From the NCBI GenBank assembly GCA_938091115.1, contig CALKNI010000005.1:289-64288 (forward strand): 64,000 nucleotides of DNA. Direction: 5' to 3'. Positions 59,518 to 64,000 of the stretch are shown here, piece after piece. The stretch comes from an uncultured Pirellulaceae bacterium. GTDB lineage: Bacteria > Planctomycetota > Planctomycetia > Pirellulales > Pirellulaceae. Each line of letters opens with the position of its first letter. Within the stretch, counting starts at the first letter, position 1. The notes beneath the pieces were generated by a model. It did not search any database and was not told the origin of the DNA. It saw nothing but the letters and a program-made list of their open reading frames with translations. The position numbers and the translations under genes are program-made.

Positions 59518-60906
59518 ATGGCTACGGTCAATCCAATTTTAGACAATACATATGATGACGCGGGTGAAAGATCTCCACTGATTCTTGGTGGTCTCGATTA
59601 CGCTGGCGTAACGGATGAGGTCTGTGGAATCTGGGAAGCAGATAAACCGCCAAAAATCTGGTTCGTCGTCCTCGGAGCGGCCATCTCACTGTTGATGGTT
59701 CTCGGTGGATGCGTTGGGCACCTCCTGATGGACGGTGTCGGTGTCTGGGGAAACAACAATCCCGCTTATTGGGGTTGGCCAATTGTCAACTTCGTTTTCT
59801 GGGTTGGTATTGGACATGCCGGAACCCTAATTTCAGCGATTCTTTTCTTGTTCCGCCAAAACTGGCGGACGAGTATTAACCGCGCAGCTGAAGCGATGAC
59901 AATCTTCGCGGTTGTCTGTGCTGGACTCTTTCCCGGCGTTCACATCGGACGGGTCTGGGTCTTTTACTGGCTCTTTCCAATTCCAACAGAACATTTGGCC
60001 ATGTGGCCGAACTTCCGAAGTCCTCTTTTGTGGGACGTGTTTGCCGTTTCGACATATGCGACCGTTTCAATTTTATTCTGGTACATGGGAATGGTTCCCG
60101 ACATCGCGACCTTCCGTGATCGTTGCACTTCAAAAATCGGCAAGTTTGTTTATGGACTTCTCTCGCTTGGCTGGACAGGTTCGGCCCGTGCATGGCATCG
60201 TTACGAAATCGCCTACACGATCCTGGCAGCTCTAGCAACGCCTTTGGTGTTGAGTGTTCATACAATCGTTAGTTTTGACTTTGCGGTCTCGCAAGTTCCT
60301 GGCTGGCACACCACAATCTTCCCGCCTTACTTCGTCGCGGGTGCGATTTTCAGTGGATTTGCGATGGTGGTCACCCTGCTAGTTCCGGTGCGTAAACTTT
60401 ATGGACTGGAAAATCTAATCACCGTAAGGCACCTTGAAAATATGAATAAAATCATCATGGCCACGGGCATGATGGTGGGTACCGCCTACGGAATTGAGTT
60501 CTTTATCGCTTGGTATTCGGGCGTGCCTTACGAGAGTTATGCTTTCTATAACCGAGCGTTTGGAAATTACTGGTGGGCCTATTGGATTATGGTCAGCTGC
60601 AATGTCCTAATCCCACAGGTGTTCTGGATTAAGTGGTGCCGAACAACACCTTGGTTCATGGTGATCATTTGCGTGTTTGTGAACATTGGTATGTGGTTTG
60701 AGCGATTCGTGATTACGATCACCTCACTTTGTCGAGACTTTGTTCCCTCGAGTTGGGCCTATTTCCATCCGACCTGGGTAGACGTATTGATGCTGATCGG
60801 AAGCTTTGGATTGTTCTTTACGCTGTTCACGCTGTTCTGCCGGTACTTGCCGGTCATTGCAATGGCAGAAGTCAAAGGTGTCATGCCGCGACCCAAAGAT
60901 CATTAA
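59518..60906 (+). CDS. actC: Alternative complex III subunit C (NrfD/PsrC-like quinol-binding membrane subunit)
   Basis: [52 protein letters not shown]; ATG 59518 preferred over GTG 59458. Confidence 0.94.
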   Translation: MATVNPILDNTYDDAGERSPLILGGLDYAGVTDEVCGIWEADKPPKIWFVVLGAAISLLMVLGGCVGHLLMDGVGVWGNNNPAYWGWPIVNFVFWVGIGHAGTLISAILFLFRQNWRTSINRAAEAMTIFAVVCAGLFPGVHIGRVWVFYWLFPIPTEHLAMWPNFRSPLLWDVFAVSTYATVSILFWYMGMVPDIATFRDRCTSKIGKFVYGLLSLGWTGSARAWHRYEIAYTILAALATPLVLSVHTIVSFDFAVSQVPGWHTTIFPPYFVAGAIFSGFAMVVTLLVPVRKLYGLENLITVRHLENMNKIIMATGMMVGTAYGIEFFIAWYSGVPYESYAFYNRAFGNYWWAYWIMVSCNVLIPQVFWIKWCRTTPWFMVIICVFVNIGMWFERFVITITSLCRDFVPSSWAYFHPTWVDVLMLIGSFGLFFTLFTLFCRYLPVIAMAEVKGVMPRPKDH

Positions 60907-60999
60907 TTAAGCAAACGTTCTTGTCGAACTTCGAATCCTTGGAAATCGGCAAACACAAGAGACATTGGCTACAAAAGCTACAACAGAGACTGAAGAAAA

Positions 61000-62463
61000 A
61001 TGGCTGAAGAAAACACAAACAGCAGTACCGACGAAAACTCCAAACTAATCGGATTGGTTGCCCAGTTCGATGACCCGGAATCGCTGGTACAGGCATGCGA
61101 CCGAGCCCGCCAAGCAGGGTATACCAAGACCGATGCCTTTTCGCCGTTTCCGGTGCATGGCATTGACCCGGCATTGGGAATCAAACGAACGATTCTTCCG
61201 TTCATTGTTCTCAGCATTGCTATCGGTGCGGTGTTCATTGGCCTGGGCATGCAGTGGTACACCAACGGTGGATCGCTGGGTGAATTCAGCACTGATGAAT
61301 CACCTGTGTTTCCTGGCTATCGTTTTAAAATTTCTGGTAAGCCATATTTCAGTCTTCCGGCAAACATTCCCGTGACTTTCGAAGTCATCGTGCTCTCGAG
61401 TGCGTTTGCGACATTCTTTGGAATGTGGTTCCTGAATAAACTTCCGATGCTTTCCAATCCATTGCATCGAATTTCCCGATTCAAGCGGGCAACCAACGAT
61501 AAATTCTTTTTGATGATCGAACAGGCCGATGAGCAGTTCGATCGAGGCTCGACCGAAGCCCAACTTAATGAATGGGGCGCGGTTTCCATTGATGAATGCC
61601 GAAAGGATCTCACCGACAATAATCTGCCGAGCTGGTTGCGATTAGTCGCTTTAATGGGGGCGATTCTATTGTTGCTTCCTCCAGTCGCCATTTTCCGGGC
61701 GATGGGTATGACCAGTCGGGCACCGCGTCTCCATGTTGTTCCCGATATGGATTGGCAAGACAAATCAAAAACTCAGACACTCAGTCCGATCATGATGAAC
61801 GATCGTTATTTGTTCGCAGACGAACGAGCCATGCGAGCTCCTGTTGATGGCTCCATTGCCCGCGGCCAACTTGATGCCGACACGGAACTCTTTGAAGGTA
61901 TCAAGAGCGACTATGTTCCCACCGTTTCATTGACGACACCGCAAGGCGCTGTTCGTACCGGACTTGGAACTCAAGACGAAGCCGAAGCGACACCGCCAGT
62001 GGAAGATGTCAGCATGTACGTCACCGAGTTTCCAAAAGAAATCATCGTCGACGAAGCATTATTGCAGCGTGGTCAGGTTCGTTTCAACATTTACTGTGCT
62101 GCTTGCCACGGTTATGCAGCCAATGGTGATGGGCTTGTTAATCAACGTGCCGTTGCTCTGGCAGCAACCGGCAAAGCTCAGTGGACATCTGCTAAATCAT
62201 TGCACGATGCAACCGTTAGTAACGCCGCCAAGAATCCACTTGGTCGAATTTTTGAAACGATTTCCAAAGGTCGTGGCACGATGGGTCCATATGGAGCTCA
62301 AATCCCCACCGCAGACCGTTGGGCAATCGTTGCTTATGTAAAAGCACTTCAAGAAACTGGCATTAAACCAGTCGTTGCTGTCAGCGAAGACGAAAATAGC
62401 GACGACGCTGAGGCTAGCGAGGCGGCGACCACCCCGGAAGATAAAACCCAACCAACGCCTTAA
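61000..62463 (+). CDS. actDE: Alternative complex III fused ActD (DUF3341)-ActE (monoheme cytochrome c) subunit
   Basis: DAFSPFPVHGID, IPVTFE, RATNDKFFL (ActD); PDMDWQ, MRAPVDGSIARG, CAACH, GTMGPY, DRWAIVAYVKALQ (ActE). Confidence 0.9.
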   Translation: MAEENTNSSTDENSKLIGLVAQFDDPESLVQACDRARQAGYTKTDAFSPFPVHGIDPALGIKRTILPFIVLSIAIGAVFIGLGMQWYTNGGSLGEFSTDESPVFPGYRFKISGKPYFSLPANIPVTFEVIVLSSAFATFFGMWFLNKLPMLSNPLHRISRFKRATNDKFFLMIEQADEQFDRGSTEAQLNEWGAVSIDECRKDLTDNNLPSWLRLVALMGAILLLLPPVAIFRAMGMTSRAPRLHVVPDMDWQDKSKTQTLSPIMMNDRYLFADERAMRAPVDGSIARGQLDADTELFEGIKSDYVPTVSLTTPQGAVRTGLGTQDEAEATPPVEDVSMYVTEFPKEIIVDEALLQRGQVRFNIYCAACHGYAANGDGLVNQRAVALAATGKAQWTSAKSLHDATVSNAAKNPLGRIFETISKGRGTMGPYGAQIPTADRWAIVAYVKALQETGIKPVVAVSEDENSDDAEASEAATTPEDKTQPTP

Positions 62464-62474
62464 TTTTAGATGAC

Positions 62475-62498
62475 TCCGCTCAGGCGAACCTGAACGGA
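62475..62498 (+). other. Intercistronic stem-loop after actDE
   Basis: TCCG-c-TCAGG-cgaa-CCTGA-a-CGGA. Confidence 0.5.
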
Positions 62499-62549
62499 CT
62501 TTACCAACCTATTCTGGCTGTTCAGTAAAATAACAAGACAAGATCTGAA

Positions 62550-63845
62550 ATGCACGAAACTAGACCTGCAAAAATCACTTCCCCGATCACGACTCTCAAC
62601 GGTGGGCACCTCCGAACCGCTCCTGTGGCGTTGATCGTTGGTGCGATCGGAATCGCCGCAGCGATAATGCTGTCTTTGGGCTCCGACGAGGGCTTGAAGC
62701 GATTCATGTTCACCTACCTGACAAGTTTTTGTTTTGTACTTTCGATCTCAGTAGGTTGCCTATTTTTCGTCACGATCATGCACCTCACCCGCGCTGGCTG
62801 GAGTGTTACTGTCCGGCGCGTCGCGGAACTTTACGCGATGTGTGCACTGGGATTAGGGATTCTCTTCATCCCTATTCTGGCTACGGTGATAAGCGGTAGC
62901 GACATGATTTACAGTTGGAATCAGGGGGGTTGGACGATGCACGATCTGACCGCCGCCGAGAAGGTAGAATTTGAACCCGTGGCCAATCGGCCTCCTCTGG
63001 AGCAGATGAAGTATCAGTTTTTGAATCAAAACTTTTTCACCGTTCGTGTCATCGCTTACTTCCTCGCCTGGGGCGGCATGGCCTGGTTCTTTTTAAGTAA
63101 TTCGTTGAAGCAGGATAAATCGGGAGACAAAAATCTAACCTCCCGGATGCAGGCTTTTTCGGCCCCCCTTATGATTCTGTTCGCAGTCACGGTAGTGTTC
63201 TCTTCTTTTGATATGGAGATGTCACTTTCCGCACTTTGGTTTTCTACGATGTTCCCCGTCTACTTTTTTGCCGGAGCCTTTTTGAGCGCTCTTTGTACAA
63301 TTCTTTTGACTGGCCTTTGGCTTCAGAAGACTGGCCGGGTCACCGACGAAATCACAATCGACCATTACCATGACCTCGGCAAATTAATGCAGGGTTTCGT
63401 GATCTTTTGGGGCTACATCGCCTTTAGCCAGTTCCTTTTGATCTGGTACGCCAACATTCCCGAAGAAACTTTCTGGTATAACCTTCGAATCAATCAACCT
63501 GGTTGGATGACACTCTCAATCTTGTTGTTAGTTGGTCACCTTTTCATTCCATTTTTTCTATTAATGGGACGTGGGCTTCGCCGTAACCGCAAGATGCTGG
63601 CGTTTTCAGCAATCTTTATTTTAGCAATGCACTGGGTCGATCATTATTGGCTGATCATGCCACAGATGAACCCCGAGGCTAACCTTTATACCCTGACTGG
63701 AATGGGAATCGTGATCGACCTCGCTTGCATGGTCGGAGTGATTGCCGTTTACATCGCCATGTTCTGCATGATCGCTGGAAATCGTTCACTCGTGCCACTC
63801 AAAGATCCCCGGCTTGGCGAAGCATTGAACCACGAAGTTCATTAA
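62550..63845 (+). CDS. actF: Alternative complex III subunit F
   Basis: HLTRAGWS, WFSTMF, HYHDLGKL, FSQFLLIWYANIPEET, PLKDPRL. Confidence 0.92.
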   Translation: MHETRPAKITSPITTLNGGHLRTAPVALIVGAIGIAAAIMLSLGSDEGLKRFMFTYLTSFCFVLSISVGCLFFVTIMHLTRAGWSVTVRRVAELYAMCALGLGILFIPILATVISGSDMIYSWNQGGWTMHDLTAAEKVEFEPVANRPPLEQMKYQFLNQNFFTVRVIAYFLAWGGMAWFFLSNSLKQDKSGDKNLTSRMQAFSAPLMILFAVTVVFSSFDMEMSLSALWFSTMFPVYFFAGAFLSALCTILLTGLWLQKTGRVTDEITIDHYHDLGKLMQGFVIFWGYIAFSQFLLIWYANIPEETFWYNLRINQPGWMTLSILLLVGHLFIPFFLLMGRGLRRNRKMLAFSAIFILAMHWVDHYWLIMPQMNPEANLYTLTGMGIVIDLACMVGVIAVYIAMFCMIAGNRSLVPLKDPRLGEALNHEVH

Positions 63846-63905
63846 TCGTTCATTGTCATTGTTTCCTTAGCAAACCAAAACAAAATACAAAGCGTAAAGA
63901 AAAAG

Positions 63906-64000
63906 ATGTCCGATTCAAATACAACCCACGAAGCGCCAAGCTACGACGATGTTAATACACCTGTGATCGTTCTGGTCGGTGCAATCAGTGCTTTGGTCAC
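63906..64000 (+). CDS. 5' start of the next ACIII-operon gene, probably ActG-like single-TM subunit (partial)
   Basis: ATG at 63906 opens MSDSNTTHEAPSYDDVNTPVIVLVGAISALV with a TM start; position right after actF. Confidence 0.6.
   Translation, partial: MSDSNTTHEAPSYDDVNTPVIVLVGAISALV

Noticed and set aside
1-64000. CRISPR array, tRNA/rRNA, IS elements, prophage
   Set aside because: No repeat-spacer periodicity, RNA gene signature, transposase, integrase or phage gene recognised by eye; small RNAs could still be missed without a covariance search

Overview
A 64 kb chromosomal window from what looks like a marine planctomycete (Pirellulaceae-like; inferred from the exosortase type, CsrA-receiver fusion, PQQ-like beta-propellers and ActD-ActE fusion, not from a marker gene). 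(1) 1-23.5 kb is a PEP-CTERM/exosortase-linked surface polysaccharide locus: tail of a probable PEP-CTERM gene, membrane-anchored TPR protein, NusG/RfaH(UpxY)-type antiterminator, rfbB-fcl-gmd, a TIGR03790-like exported protein, Wzx, FkbM methyltransferase, four glycosyltransferases, three hexapeptide acyltransferases, a Wzy/O-antigen-ligase-like protein, an epimerase, a dehydrogenase remnant and an exosortase. (2) 23.5-39.6 kb is mixed metabolism: fused 5-oxoprolinase, beta-propeller, YheT-like hydrolase, cysD-cysNC, transaldolase, a stand-alone ACT-like protein, a CsrA fusion, a probably inactive DNase I-like protein and a GT-C-like membrane protein. (3) 39.9-64 kb is bioenergetic: a 10-gene Mrp antiporter operon, RegB/RegA, and the alternative complex III operon running off the window. 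The most notable observations are a possible protein-to-glycan anchoring module built around the TIGR03790-like protein, two EPS genes that appear to need non-canonical ATT/ATC starts, several degenerate enzyme domains, and three His-rich tracts on membrane energy complexes. No rRNA, tRNA, CRISPR array, transposase or integrase was recognised. All family assignments are by eye from motifs; no database search was run.
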